A stretch of DNA of 54,054 bases from NCBI GenBank assembly GCA_946542465.1, contig CAMNKQ010000001.1, positions 1-54,054 on the forward strand, read 5' to 3'. The position numbers were made by a program, and so were the translations under genes. This DNA comes from an uncultured Clostridia bacterium. GTDB taxonomy: Bacteria; Bacillota; Clostridia; Oscillospirales; Oscillospiraceae. Below are positions 23,080 through 33,159 of the stretch, piece by piece (position 1 is the stretch's first letter; every line of letters starts with the position of its first letter). The notes beneath the pieces are model-generated. The model was not told the DNA's origin. It saw only the letters and a list, made by a program, of their open reading frames with translations, and searched no databases.

Positions 23080-23790
23080 ATGAAAGGAAAATTCACAGCA
23101 GTTTTGTTTATCATTGTCTTTATCCTCATCGCGGCCGTTGTGTTCACCTTCCTGTCCAGCCTGGATAAGAGGGCCAACAGCAGCCCGGCGGTGGAGCCGA
23201 CCAACGAGGTGATCGCCGCCACGGCGCAGCCGGTCACCACGCCCTTTGCCGCGCCTGTGGCCACCCAGACGCTCACGCCGGTGACCCCGGCGCCGACGCC
23301 CGTGCCCGCAGCCCCGGTCGCGACGCTGCCTCCGGTCACGCCCGCGCCCGCGGCTCCCACGCCGCTGCCCACCACCGTTCCCACCTCGGTCCCCGTGATC
23401 ACCAGTTTTAGCAGCGGCTCCTTCTCTTCGGACACCGGCACCGGGCTGAACATCACCGCCGACTGGACCGTGCAGTCCCTGGATCAGGAACAGGTGAGCG
23501 TCACGGTGACGGTCTCGGTGATCTCCTTCACGCTGCAGACCCAGGCCCTGCCCAACTCGGTAAACATCGGGCTGGACGGCAACTATGTCTCCCTTGACGC
23601 GCCGGCCATCTTCTATGACGGCGGCGGCCAGGTGCGCAGCGCCCTCGCCTCCCACACCTTCACCGTGCCCCTGTCGGCCAACAGCTCCCGCGCTATGGCG
23701 CTGCAGGTGGAGTGGCAGTATAACGGCAGCTACGGCGGCGTGGAGCTGCCCGTGCTGGAGTGCGGCGGCAGCATCAACGTCTCCCGCTGA
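23080..23790 (+). CDS. Membrane-anchored hypothetical protein with a Pro/Thr/Ala/Val-rich linker
   Basis: N-terminal TM segment, low-complexity PVTPAPTPVPAAP region, C-terminal beta-rich domain. No family recognised. Confidence 0.5.
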   Translation: MKGKFTAVLFIIVFILIAAVVFTFLSSLDKRANSSPAVEPTNEVIAATAQPVTTPFAAPVATQTLTPVTPAPTPVPAAPVATLPPVTPAPAAPTPLPTTVPTSVPVITSFSSGSFSSDTGTGLNITADWTVQSLDQEQVSVTVTVSVISFTLQTQALPNSVNIGLDGNYVSLDAPAIFYDGGGQVRSALASHTFTVPLSANSSRAMALQVEWQYNGSYGGVELPVLECGGSINVSR

Positions 23791-23817
23791 ATGTGCGGCG
23801 GTAAATCCGATTGACGA

Positions 23818-23856
23818 ATCGGCAGGCTCAGGAGTATACTGGGCCTGCCGATTTTA
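23818..23856 (+). terminator. Hairpin plus short T-tract after 23080-23790
   Basis: ATCGGCAGGC ... GCCTGCCGAT followed by TTTT. Confidence 0.6.
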
Positions 23857-23880
23857 TCGTTCGACAGGAGAGAGAGACAG

Positions 23881-24516
23881 ATGCGCACCCAGGAACAGAT
23901 CAACGAGATCGTCCGCCTGCTGCTGGCGGAATATCCGGAGGAGAAATGCTCGCTGCAGTATGAAAAGCCCCATGAACTGCTCTTCGCCGTGCGGCTCTCC
24001 GCCCAGTGTACCGACGAGCGGGTCAACCTGGTGACCCCGGCGCTCTACGAGCGCTTCCCCACGCTGGAGGCCTTTGCCGAGGCGGACGTGGAGGAAGTGG
24101 AACAATACATCCACTCCTGCGGCTTTTACCGGGCCAAGGCCCGGGATATCGTCGCCTGCGCCCGGGTGCTGCTGGAAAAGCACGGCGGTCGGGTGCCCGG
24201 CACGATGGAGGAGCTGACCGCGCTGCCCGGTGTGGGCCGCAAGACCGCCAACCTGATCCTGGGCGATGTGTTTCACGTGCCCGGCTCCACCGTGGTGGAC
24301 ACCCACTGCATCCGGCTGATGAACCGGATGGGCGTGGTGGACGACGAAAAGGATCCGGTAAAAATCGAGATGCAGTTGCGAAAGCTTCTGCCCCCGGAGG
24401 ATTCCAACGATTTCTGCCACTGTCTGGTGCTGCACGGCCGGGCCGTCTGCGACGCGCGCAAGCCCCGCTGTGAGGACTGCTGCGTGCGGCATCTGTGCCG
24501 GCATTTTTCGGGCTGA
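23881..24516 (+). CDS. nth: Endonuclease III
   Basis: HhH motif LPGVGRKTANLILG and C-terminal Cys cluster C.....C....C..C. Confidence 0.9.
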   Translation: MRTQEQINEIVRLLLAEYPEEKCSLQYEKPHELLFAVRLSAQCTDERVNLVTPALYERFPTLEAFAEADVEEVEQYIHSCGFYRAKARDIVACARVLLEKHGGRVPGTMEELTALPGVGRKTANLILGDVFHVPGSTVVDTHCIRLMNRMGVVDDEKDPVKIEMQLRKLLPPEDSNDFCHCLVLHGRAVCDARKPRCEDCCVRHLCRHFSG

Positions 24517-24541
24517 AAAAAAGAATAAGGAGAACGATCCT

Positions 24542-26050
24542 ATGACAAATTCGGAAAAACTCCAGGAGCTCTTTGAGCGCCTGGATGAGATCGAGGCCTA
24601 CAGCCGCTGCCTGGGCAAGGTGCAGTTCGATATGGAGTGCTGCGCGCCGGAGGAGGGCATCGAGCAGGCCGGCGCCGACATGAGCATTCTGGGCAAATAC
24701 CTCTACACGCTGACCCACGCCGAGCGTTTTGAGCAGCTGGTGACCGAGCTGCACGCGGACGGCGAGGGCCTGACGCCGGTACAGAAGAAAGCCGTAGAGC
24801 ACCTCTATGACGGCTATGCCCGCGTCAAGAATATCTCCGCCGAGCTAAGCTTTGAGATGGACACCGTGGCCAACAAGGCCTACGGCGACTGGCTGAAGGC
24901 CAAGAAAGCCTCCGACTTCTCCCTGTTCCGGGATTCCCTGGCCGCGCTGATCGACTACAACCGCAAGGCCATCGACCTGCGGGACGAGAAAAAGGCCAGC
25001 TATTACGACACCTGCCTGAACGATCTGGAAAAGGGCGGCAGCATGGAGCAGCTGGACGCCTTCTTTGCCGCGCTGCGGAAGCGGATCGTGCCGCTGCTGC
25101 GCCGGATCCAGACCGAGGGCAAGCCGATCCGGGAGGACTTCATGACCCGTCCCGTGCCCATCCCGCAGCAGGAGGCCATGTCCCGGTATCTGCTGGAGCT
25201 GGAGGGTCTGCGCAAAAGCGCCCTGGTGCTCATGACCACGGAGCACCCCTTCACCGACAACTTCGGGCCCCACGATGTGCGCGTCACCACCCACTACCAC
25301 GAGGACAGCTTCATCTCCAACGTCTTTACCACCCTGCATGAGGGCGGCCACGCCCTCTTCATGCAGAACGAACCGGCGGAGCTTCACGAAAACCACGGCG
25401 CCAACAACATGTCTAACGCCATGCACGAGACCATCTCCCGTTTTTACGAGAATCTGGTGGGCCGCAGCGAAGAATTCATCTCCTATGTGGCGCCCAAGAT
25501 CCGGGAGCTGGCCGGCGGCACCTTCGACGACATCAGCGATCGGGAGCTCTACGAGGCCGTCAACGTTGCCCGCCCCAGCCTGATCCGCACCGAGGCGGAC
25601 GAGCTGAGCTACTGCCTGCACATCATGGTGCGCTATGAGCTGGAAAAGGCCTTTATGAACGGCGAGATCACCGTGGACGAGATCCCCGCCCTCTGGAATG
25701 CCAAATACAAGGAGTATCTGGGCATCGAGGTGCCCGACGACGCCCGGGGCTGCCTGCAGGATGTGCACTGGTGCGGCTACGCCTTTGGCTATTTCCCCTC
25801 TTACGCCCTGGGCAACGCCTACGGCGTGCAGATCCTGCGCCGCATGCAGCGGGATTTCGACGTCTTCGGCGCCATCCGCGAGGGCGAACTCAGCCTCATC
25901 CGGGACTGGCTCATCGAACACGTGTTCTCGATCGCCTCTCTCTCCACGCCGGACGAGTGGATCCGTTCCATCACAGGGGAGAGCCTGAACGTGAACTACT
26001 ACCTCGACTATCTGGAGGAGAAGTTCAGTCGCATTTATGAACTGAAATAA
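24542..26050 (+). CDS. M32 carboxypeptidase (Taq-like)
   Basis: HEGGHALF zinc motif, DVHW, and overall ~500-aa M32 layout. Confidence 0.8.
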   Translation: MTNSEKLQELFERLDEIEAYSRCLGKVQFDMECCAPEEGIEQAGADMSILGKYLYTLTHAERFEQLVTELHADGEGLTPVQKKAVEHLYDGYARVKNISAELSFEMDTVANKAYGDWLKAKKASDFSLFRDSLAALIDYNRKAIDLRDEKKASYYDTCLNDLEKGGSMEQLDAFFAALRKRIVPLLRRIQTEGKPIREDFMTRPVPIPQQEAMSRYLLELEGLRKSALVLMTTEHPFTDNFGPHDVRVTTHYHEDSFISNVFTTLHEGGHALFMQNEPAELHENHGANNMSNAMHETISRFYENLVGRSEEFISYVAPKIRELAGGTFDDISDRELYEAVNVARPSLIRTEADELSYCLHIMVRYELEKAFMNGEITVDEIPALWNAKYKEYLGIEVPDDARGCLQDVHWCGYAFGYFPSYALGNAYGVQILRRMQRDFDVFGAIREGELSLIRDWLIEHVFSIASLSTPDEWIRSITGESLNVNYYLDYLEEKFSRIYELK

Positions 26051-26059
26051 GGAAATTTT

Positions 26060-26845
26060 ATGGAAAATCTGCAAAAAATCGCGATGCTGATCGACGCGGA
26101 CAACACCCAGCTGGCCAAGCTCGAGTCGGTGATCCAGGAGGTCAACACCCTGGGCCGCATCGTTGTCAAACGCGCCTACGGCAACTGGAAAAAGGACGCG
26201 CTCAAGCGCTGGGAGGGCGAGATCAAGCGCCTGGCCATCAAGCCCGAGCAGCAGTTTGACTATGTCTCCGGCAAGAACGCCACCGACATGGCCCTGGTCA
26301 TCGACACCATTGAGCTGCTGCACCGGGAGATCTACGATGCCTTTGTCATCGTGGCCAGCGACAGCGACTACACGCCCCTGGCCATCCACCTGCGGGAGCA
26401 GGGCGTGCACGTGGTGGGTGTTGGGGAGAAGAAGACCCCCGAGGCCTTCCGCAAGAGCTGCGACGAGTTTATCTATCTGGAAAACCTGGACGCCCCGGTG
26501 GCCAATACCCCCGCGCCCGCCAAGGCCAAGGCCGAGAGCAAGAGCAAGAGCAAGAAGCCCAGCAAGCAGACCAAGGCCGAGGCCGAAGCCGTGGCCAAGG
26601 CGGAGGATATCAACGAGATCCACAAGCTGCTGCGCACCGCCTGGGACAAGTTCCAGGACGAGGACGGCTATGCCTATGTCAGCTCCGCGGGCCAGTTCCT
26701 CAAGCGCGCCAAGCCCGACTTTGACGCCCGCACCTATGGCTACTCCAAGCTCTCGGTGCTCATCAGCGCCTATCCCAAGAAGTACAAGACCAAGAAGGAG
26801 GTCGGCAAAGCCGCCGGCGCCATTCTTTCCTATCAATGCCTGTAA
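26060..26845 (+). CDS. NYN-domain (LabA-like) protein with a Lys/Ala-rich linker and a C-terminal OST-HTH/LOTUS-like domain
   Basis: IAMLIDADN...KRAYGNW...NATDMALVIDTIEL...FVIVASDSDYTPLA..LRE.G. C-terminal GYAYVSSAGQFLKRAKPDFDARTYGYSKLS. Confidence 0.7.
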   Translation: MENLQKIAMLIDADNTQLAKLESVIQEVNTLGRIVVKRAYGNWKKDALKRWEGEIKRLAIKPEQQFDYVSGKNATDMALVIDTIELLHREIYDAFVIVASDSDYTPLAIHLREQGVHVVGVGEKKTPEAFRKSCDEFIYLENLDAPVANTPAPAKAKAESKSKSKKPSKQTKAEAEAVAKAEDINEIHKLLRTAWDKFQDEDGYAYVSSAGQFLKRAKPDFDARTYGYSKLSVLISAYPKKYKTKKEVGKAAGAILSYQCL

Positions 26846-26886
26846 GAAATTGAGGGGTCGATCCGGTGGATCGCCCCCTCAATTTC
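26846..26886. terminator. Bidirectional hairpin between convergent genes
   Basis: GAAATTGAGGGGTCGATCC ggt GGATCGCCCCCTCAATTTC with a near-perfect long stem. Confidence 0.7.
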
Positions 26887-27570
26887 TTATATCTTTTCCC
26901 CCAATACCCGGGCAATTTCTTTTTCCGTCGCGCCCGGGACGGTTTTCAGCAGATGCTCATATACCCGCTGCCGGGACACCTCCGGCTCCTCCCGGTAGGC
27001 ATCGCTCATGAAATCCTCGCCCAGCAGAGATTCCGGCGTGCTGAGCCGAGCCTGCCCCCAGCCGTAGGGCTTGCCCCAGCGGTCCCGGGCGTACTCAAAG
27101 TCCGCCGTCACCACATAGCACTCCATCTGCAGCCGGGTGATCACCGTCTCATAGCCCTTGTTGCCCTCCTTGCCGTAGCCGCAGAGCCGTTTCAGATCCT
27201 TGCTCAGCAGGGAGCGGTTCTCCGCCAGCACGTCATAGACCGCCTTATCCTTGTAGGGCGCAAAGCCGTCGTCATACAAAGCGTCAAAGTCGTAGCCGTT
27301 TCGGCGGTAATTGGCGAAGACCGGGTACCAGTCCCGGCTGATATAGCCCGCCCGGCCCTTGAAGAACTTCCCGTACAGGACGCGGCCCGTGCGCACGACC
27401 GGGCCCTTCCACTCCCAGGGCCCGTCCTCCGTGTCGGAGAACCAGAGCCGGGGCGGCGTGTGCTCCCCGATGGAGAAGCCGGGGACCTCGTTTTCAAAAA
27501 AGGGATAAAAGCCCAGGCGCTCCACCTCAGCCAGGATCGCCTCGGGGCTGTCGATGCTTCGATACTGCAT
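26887..27570 (-). CDS. Conserved hypothetical protein, possibly AlkZ/YcaQ-related winged-helix protein
   Basis: Family call is from memory of similar ~230-aa clostridial proteins (FYPFF.N.VPGFS....T....WF......PW.WK). Weak. Confidence 0.35.
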   Translation of the reverse strand: MQYRSIDSPEAILAEVERLGFYPFFENEVPGFSIGEHTPPRLWFSDTEDGPWEWKGPVVRTGRVLYGKFFKGRAGYISRDWYPVFANYRRNGYDFDALYDDGFAPYKDKAVYDVLAENRSLLSKDLKRLCGYGKEGNKGYETVITRLQMECYVVTADFEYARDRWGKPYGWGQARLSTPESLLGEDFMSDAYREEPEVSRQRVYEHLLKTVPGATEKEIARVLGEKI

Positions 27571-27635
27571 AAAATGCCCCCATATCGTCAAAAACGCCGT
27601 CGAAAGCCAAGCTTTCGGCGGCGTTTCCTTCTGTT

Positions 27636-29342
27636 TTATTCCACAGAGATCATGTAGTAATACACCGGCTGTCCGCCGTCCACCACGACGATCTCCACCT
27701 CCGGCAGCAGCTCGTTCAGCGCCGCGCCGGCGGCCTCCGCGTCGGCCTGCTTCACATCCTCGCCGTAATAGACGTTGATGAATTCCGGGTTAAACTGCTT
27801 GCAGACCTCGCCCAGGTCGGTAAAGAGCTTGTTCAGATCGGTGTAGCTGCCCAGCAGCGCGCCGTCCAGCAGGGCCAGATACTCGCCCGCGTGGATGTCG
27901 TGGCCGTCAAAATCGGAGTTGCGGGCCGCATAGGTCACCATCGCGGTGTGCACCGTGCCGATGGACTCGCCCATCGCGCCGACCAGGGACTCCTCCGTCT
28001 CGTCGGGGATGAAGTTCATCAGGGCCGTGATGCCCTGGGGCACGGTCTTGGTGGGCATGACGATGACGTGCTTCTCGGTCAGATCCACGCACTGCTCCGC
28101 CGCCATAATGATGTTCTTGTTGTTGGGGAAGACAAAGACCGTTCTCGCCGGGGTGCGGTTGATGGCCTTGAGGATATCGTCGGTGGAGGGGTTCATGGTC
28201 TGGCCGCCGGTGACGATCTGATCCGCGCCCAGGTCGCGGAACATCTTCTCCATGCCCGCGCCGGCGCAGACGGCCACCACGCCGTATTCCTTCTCCGGCT
28301 CGGCCATGGTGTCTTCCTCCTCGCCGGTGAGGGCGGTGGCGCTCTCCATGGCGGTGAGCTCCTCGTCGATCTGCTGCAGATCATCGGTGCTCTTGGCCTT
28401 GTGCCCGGCCAGCAGATCCAGGGCCTGCAGGCGCATGTTCTCGATCTTGGCGATGTCCAGCGCCCCGTACTTCTGGGATTCGGTCAGCGCCGCGCCGGGG
28501 ATGTCAGTATGGACATGGACCTTGAAAATCTCGTCGTCATCGCTGATGACCAGGGAGTCGCCGATGCTGTCCAGATACAGACGCAGGGGCATCAAATCCA
28601 CGTTCGGGTCGTTCTTGCGCACCACATAGACCGTGTCGAAGATGTTCTTCTCCGGCACCTCGACTTCGTCGGCGCCCCAGGAGGCCTCGTTCGTCTCCTC
28701 GACGGAGACAGCCTCGCCGGCCACGATCTCCCCCCGCAGGGAGGCGAGGATCGCGTGCAGGATCACCATGTAGCCCTTGCCGCCCGCGTCGATCACGCCG
28801 GCCTTTTTCAGCACCGGGTTCTGGTTCACCGTGTCCTCCAGGGCCAGCTCGCCCGCCTCGATGGCGGCCCGGAGGCTCTCCTCCAGGCTGGCGCCCTTGT
28901 CGGCGGCCTTCACCGCCGCGGCGGAGGCCATGCGGGAGACGGTCAGGATCGTGCCCTCGGCGGGCTTCATGACCGCCTTGTAGGCCGCCTCCACGCCGTC
29001 GGACATGGCGCCGGCAAACTCCACCGCGCCGGCGGTCTCCGTACCCTTCAGGCGGCGGGAGATGCCCCGGAACAGCAGGGACAAAATCACGCCCGAGTTG
29101 CCGCGCGCACCGCGCAGCATGGCGCCGGCCACGCAGTCGGCCGCGGAGGCGACAGTATCAAAGCTCTTTTTCCGCAGCTCCGTGGCGGCGTTGTTGATGG
29201 TCAGGCCCATATTGGTGCCGGTATCGCCGTCGGGAACCGGGAACACGTTCAGATCGTTGATCGCCTGGATGTTGGCATGCAGAGCCGCGTCGGCGCAGAG
29301 AATCATCTCTTTGAACGAGGCGGCGTCAATATACTCTCTCAT
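27636..29342 (-). CDS. yloV: DAK2-domain fusion protein (YloV-like)
   Basis: LNVFPVPDGDTGTNM, RGNSG, and a C-terminal DegV-like half. Downstream of the Asp23 gene, as is usual. Confidence 0.85.
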   Translation of the reverse strand: MREYIDAASFKEMILCADAALHANIQAINDLNVFPVPDGDTGTNMGLTINNAATELRKKSFDTVASAADCVAGAMLRGARGNSGVILSLLFRGISRRLKGTETAGAVEFAGAMSDGVEAAYKAVMKPAEGTILTVSRMASAAAVKAADKGASLEESLRAAIEAGELALEDTVNQNPVLKKAGVIDAGGKGYMVILHAILASLRGEIVAGEAVSVEETNEASWGADEVEVPEKNIFDTVYVVRKNDPNVDLMPLRLYLDSIGDSLVISDDDEIFKVHVHTDIPGAALTESQKYGALDIAKIENMRLQALDLLAGHKAKSTDDLQQIDEELTAMESATALTGEEEDTMAEPEKEYGVVAVCAGAGMEKMFRDLGADQIVTGGQTMNPSTDDILKAINRTPARTVFVFPNNKNIIMAAEQCVDLTEKHVIVMPTKTVPQGITALMNFIPDETEESLVGAMGESIGTVHTAMVTYAARNSDFDGHDIHAGEYLALLDGALLGSYTDLNKLFTDLGEVCKQFNPEFINVYYGEDVKQADAEAAGAALNELLPEVEIVVVDGGQPVYYYMISVE

Positions 29343-29362
29343 GTCACGAAAATCCTCTATCT

Positions 29363-29713
29363 TTACCCAATTATTGTATCGACATAGACATCCACGCACT
29401 TGACCGGGATGCCGGTGTGTTTCTGCAGTTTATAGCGCACTTCTTTCATGATGCTGCGGGAGACGGCGGCGATGTTCACGCCCTGGTCCACCCCGATGTG
29501 CAGGTCCAGCGAGACGCTGCCATCGTCGTTGTAGTGGACCTCCACGCCCTTGGACATGGATTCCCGGCGCAGCAGCTGGAAGGGGCCGCTGCCCTGGCTG
29601 CGCCCGACCATGCCCTTGACGCCGAAGCAGCTGGTCGCCGCGTCGCCGGCCAGGTTGGAGACGACTTCGTTGGTAATGCAGATCCTGCCGATCGCATTGG
29701 CTATATTCACCAT
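29363..29713 (-). CDS. Asp23/Gls24-family alkaline shock protein
   Basis: I.I.NEVV..LAG.AA..C.GV.GM ... V.V.VD pattern. AAGGAG RBS. Confidence 0.8.
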   Translation of the reverse strand: MVNIANAIGRICITNEVVSNLAGDAATSCFGVKGMVGRSQGSGPFQLLRRESMSKGVEVHYNDDGSVSLDLHIGVDQGVNIAAVSRSIMKEVRYKLQKHTGIPVKCVDVYVDTIIG

Positions 29714-29888
29714 TTGGAAAACTCCTTTCCTCTGGATCCTTCGCTTTTCACGGTCGGCTCCTCTTGCCAAGGCATACCGACCGATTCTATGATTATATCG
29801 TATTAGGGCCAAAAGCACAAGAGCGTTTTTATCCAAACGTCAGAAAAAAGGATTGCCGAAAGCTGTGTTTTCGACAATCCTTTAGCAT

Positions 29889-30773
29889 TCAGAAGATAAA
29901 TTCTATCGGTGCTTCGTAGTTGCGCAGCACCACGTCCTGGTGCTCGCCCCCGGCCTCGCCGTCCCGCGTCCAGGTGACAGGCTTGTCAAAATGAAAGACC
30001 GCCTTCTTGGTGTGCAGGATCAGCAGCTTGTCGCTGTCATAGCGCTGGGAAAGCACGCTGGTCACCAGTTCCCCAAAGCCCTCCACCGTGCCGGGATCCC
30101 GGACCAGGACCAGCTCGGACCGGCCGTCGCCCAGGCTCACCATCTCCTCCTTCAGGTGGACGATGCCGGCCACGGAGGTGGAGTTGGACATGCTGCCATA
30201 GACCAGGTTGTCCTCGATGCTGCCGCCGTCGTAGTCCACCCGGACATGATAGCTCTCCAGCTTCGGCAGCTGCGCCGCACCCTGCAGCACATAGGCCAGA
30301 TGGCCCAGCGCCTTTTTCTGGTTTTGGGGCGTGGTATAGCTCACCTCAGTAAAGGCGCCGAAGGCGGCGATATAGGCGAAATACTCCTCGCCGAAACCGC
30401 CCACGTCAAAGGGATGGGGCTCGCCTTTGAGGATGCGCATGGCAGCGCCCAGGGTGTCGTTCTTCGGCAGGCCCAGGGTCGTGGCCACGTCGTTGGCCGT
30501 TCCCATAGGGAGATAAGCCAGCTTCGGGGGATTCTCCAGGGACATCAGGCCGGTGATCACCTCGCTGAGCGTTCCGTCGCCGCCGATGCAGGCCACCACG
30601 TCGTAGTTTTTTCCCTGGTCACGGACAAACGCCGTCGCGTCCTTCCGCGCCGCGGTGAAAAACAGCGTCGTGCGGTAGCCGCCCTGATCCAGCAGCTGCA
30701 GCGCCTCCGGCAGATTGAATTTATACCCGCCGCGCCCGGCAGCCGGGTTAATGACAAGCATCAGCTTTTTCAT
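29889..30773 (-). CDS. YegS/BmrU-family lipid (diacylglycerol) kinase
   Basis: INPAAGRG, GGDGTLSEV, PMGTANDVA motifs. Confidence 0.85.
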   Translation of the reverse strand: MKKLMLVINPAAGRGGYKFNLPEALQLLDQGGYRTTLFFTAARKDATAFVRDQGKNYDVVACIGGDGTLSEVITGLMSLENPPKLAYLPMGTANDVATTLGLPKNDTLGAAMRILKGEPHPFDVGGFGEEYFAYIAAFGAFTEVSYTTPQNQKKALGHLAYVLQGAAQLPKLESYHVRVDYDGGSIEDNLVYGSMSNSTSVAGIVHLKEEMVSLGDGRSELVLVRDPGTVEGFGELVTSVLSQRYDSDKLLILHTKKAVFHFDKPVTWTRDGEAGGEHQDVVLRNYEAPIEFIF

Positions 30774-30924
30774 CCTGTTGCTCTCCTGTATACAGAATGA
30801 GTGTATTTTACACTACTTCCGGCCCGTTTTCAATGGACAGGCTGTGAATAAATACTGATGTCTAATAGATAGGTCGATAAAGATTTCAAGATCTCTATTA
30901 GTAGATATTAATATAAATCCTTAT

Positions 30925-30966
30925 CAACGACAAAGGGACGCAGAAAACTGCGTCCCTTTGTCGTTG
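30925..30966 (-). terminator. Long perfect hairpin after rpsT
   Basis: CAACGACAAAGGGACGCAG ... CTGCGTCCCTTTGTCGTTG, a 19-bp stem. No clean T-tract. Confidence 0.6.
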
Positions 30967-30980
30967 CAGATGATGCAAAC

Positions 30981-31244
30981 TTACGCCATCTCGTTGAGCT
31001 TTGTAGCCATCGCAGACTTCTTATGGGCTGCATTGTTCTTGTGCAGCAGACCCTTACCGGCTGCGCGGTCAACAGTCTTAACAGCAACTTTATAGGCACT
31101 GACGGCTGTCTCGCGGTTGCCTTCGGCAACAGCTGCGTCAAACTTTTTCATCATGGTCTTAAGCTCGGTCTTGTCAGCACGATTCTTGGCCCGGAGCTCC
31201 TTGGACTTAACGTCTCTCTTGGCAGAAGATTTAATGTTGGCCAT
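30981..31244 (-). CDS. rpsT: 30S ribosomal protein S20
   Basis: MANIKSSAKR...N...K. Confidence 0.9.
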   Translation of the reverse strand: MANIKSSAKRDVKSKELRAKNRADKTELKTMMKKFDAAVAEGNRETAVSAYKVAVKTVDRAAGKGLLHKNNAAHKKSAMATKLNEMA

Positions 31245-31416
31245 GCGTTATCGCCACCTCCCCCTGTAAAGATTCACTCGCGTTTAGAGATTATAGCAAA
31301 GAAGTGGAACAAAATCAAGCTTTTTTTTCAGAAAAAATCAAGTTTTTTTCGCTGTTGCAGCTTATGTATGATTCTCCGCTCAACAGCACAAGATATAGAA
31401 AAAGGGAGGCGATAAT

Positions 31417-32268
31417 TTGGTATTTTCTGGCAGAACTGATCTGGCGGCCGAGGCCCACCGACTCTGGCAGCGGCAGGCAGATGCAAGCACGGCCCTGCCG
31501 GGTGTCAAGGCTCGAGAGGAGCAGATCAAAGGCTTGTCCCTCACAAGTGTTGAGATTCTGAATGAGGAGGGCGCCCGGGTCCTTCAGAAACCACAGGGCC
31601 GGTATTACTGTTTTCATCTCCCCGCCTCGCCGCGACGCAGCGCCGCGTGTTTTCTCCCGGCGGTCGAACTGCTGGCCGAGTTGATTCGCCGCTGTCTGCC
31701 CACCCGGGCAGACAGCATTTTGATCGCCGCGCTGGGAAATCCGGATGTGACGCCGGACGCCCTCGGCTCTCTCTGTGCCGGACACATTCTTATCACGCGG
31801 CATCTGATCGCTGATCCCCTCTTTGCCAGACTGAATAGTACCGCCCTGAGCCGTACCGGCGTGCTGGGGACTACGGGCATGGAGTCGGCGCTTCAGATCC
31901 GGGCGCTGTGTCAGGCCCTGAAGCCCGACTGCCTCATCGCCATCGACGCGCTGGCCGGAGTCGAGGCGGAAGAGCTCTGCCGCAGCGTTCAGGTCTGTGA
32001 CGCCGGCATCGCTCCCGGTTCCGGCGTCGGCAACGACCGGGAGGCCCTGGACGAGGGCAGTCTCGGCATCCCGGTGATCGCCATCGGCGTTCCCACGGTC
32101 ATCGACGCGCTCTCGCTGGGGGGCGATGATTCGCTTGGTTCGTTTTTCGTTACTCCCCGGTACATCGACAGCGCCGTCCGGGAGCTGGCGCGTCTGATTG
32201 CCTATGGGATCAATCTGGCTCTGCACCCGGGGCTCAGCTATGAGGATATGGAGATGCTCGTCGAGTAG
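31417..32268 (+). CDS. gpr: GPR (germination) endopeptidase, TTG start
   Basis: RTDLAAEA, LGNPDVTPDALG, IAIDALAG, DAGIAPGSGVGN, GIPVIAIGVPTVIDA motifs. Confidence 0.85.
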   Translation: MVFSGRTDLAAEAHRLWQRQADASTALPGVKAREEQIKGLSLTSVEILNEEGARVLQKPQGRYYCFHLPASPRRSAACFLPAVELLAELIRRCLPTRADSILIAALGNPDVTPDALGSLCAGHILITRHLIADPLFARLNSTALSRTGVLGTTGMESALQIRALCQALKPDCLIAIDALAGVEAEELCRSVQVCDAGIAPGSGVGNDREALDEGSLGIPVIAIGVPTVIDALSLGGDDSLGSFFVTPRYIDSAVRELARLIAYGINLALHPGLSYEDMEMLVE

Positions 32269-32270
32269 CA

Positions 32271-32286
32271 TGTTTCACGTGAAACA
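32271..32286. promoter_or_regulatory. parS site, perfect 16-bp consensus TGTTTCACGTGAAACA
   Basis: Exact match to the canonical Firmicute parS palindrome, upstream of parA. Confidence 0.9.
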
Positions 32287-32307
32287 TTGCCGACGCTGTC
32301 GGAAAAA

Positions 32308-32323
32308 GTTTCACGTGAAACAT
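32308..32323. promoter_or_regulatory. Second parS site (AGTTTCACGTGAAACA, 15/16)
   Basis: One outer-position mismatch. Lies 37 bp from the first site. Confidence 0.8.
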
Positions 32324-32379
32324 TGAAATTTGTATAGGGTCCTGCTATAATGTTTCCGATAAAAACAGAGGAGAATAAC

Positions 32380-33150
32380 ATGGCAAAAATCATTGCGGTG
32401 GCCAATCAGAAGGGCGGCGTGGGAAAAACCACAAGCTGTGTCAATCTGTGCGCCGCCCTGAACGCGCTGGGAAAGCGGGTTTTGCTGGTGGACTGTGATC
32501 CCCAGGGGAATGCCAGTTCGGGCATGGGCGTCTCCAAGGCGAGCCGTCCCAACACCTACGACATTCTGATTCGGGCCATTCCCCCCGAGGCCTGCATCGT
32601 ACATACCAAATACGGCGACGTGATCCCCACCGGAAAAGAACTGGCCGCCGCCTCCGTGGAGCTGATTCAGACGGAGAAGCGGGAATACGTTCTCAAAAAA
32701 GCCCTGAACCAACTGTACAGCGATTACGACTATATCTGTATCGACTGTCCGCCGTCCCTGGAACTTCTGACCGTCAATGCTCTGGTGGCCGCCGACAGCG
32801 TGCTGATTCCCATGCAGTGCGAATACTACGCGCTGGAGGGCATTGCCGATCTCATGACCAGCATCAAGCTCTGTTCCCGGCGTCTCAACCGACGTCTGGA
32901 GGTGGAGGGCATTGTGCTCACCATGTACGACGCCCGGGCCAATCTGACTGTACAGGTGGCCAATGAGCTGCGCAGTCACCTGGGAGACAAGGTCTATCAC
33001 ACCGTGATACCCCGCAGTGTCCGCCTTTCAGAAGCTCCCAGCCACGGGATTCCGGGGGTAATCTACGACAAAAGCAACAAAGGCAGCAAGGCCTATATGG
33101 CCCTTGCGGAGGAGTTTCTGGCGAGAAACGACCCCCACGGCGCCTTTTAA
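32380..33150 (+). CDS. parA: ParA/Soj chromosome-partitioning ATPase
   Basis: MAKIIAVANQKGGVGKTT deviant Walker A. Confidence 0.95.
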   Translation: MAKIIAVANQKGGVGKTTSCVNLCAALNALGKRVLLVDCDPQGNASSGMGVSKASRPNTYDILIRAIPPEACIVHTKYGDVIPTGKELAAASVELIQTEKREYVLKKALNQLYSDYDYICIDCPPSLELLTVNALVAADSVLIPMQCEYYALEGIADLMTSIKLCSRRLNRRLEVEGIVLTMYDARANLTVQVANELRSHLGDKVYHTVIPRSVRLSEAPSHGIPGVIYDKSNKGSKAYMALAEEFLARNDPHGAF

Positions 33151-33159
33151 GGAGGACAG

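Noticed and set aside
31245-31416. AT-rich rpsT/gpr divergent spacer with the direct repeat AAAATCAAG(C)TTTTTT x2 as an alternative replication origin
   Set aside because: Gene orientation diverges here, but I see no convincing DnaA boxes. It is more simply a divergent promoter region.
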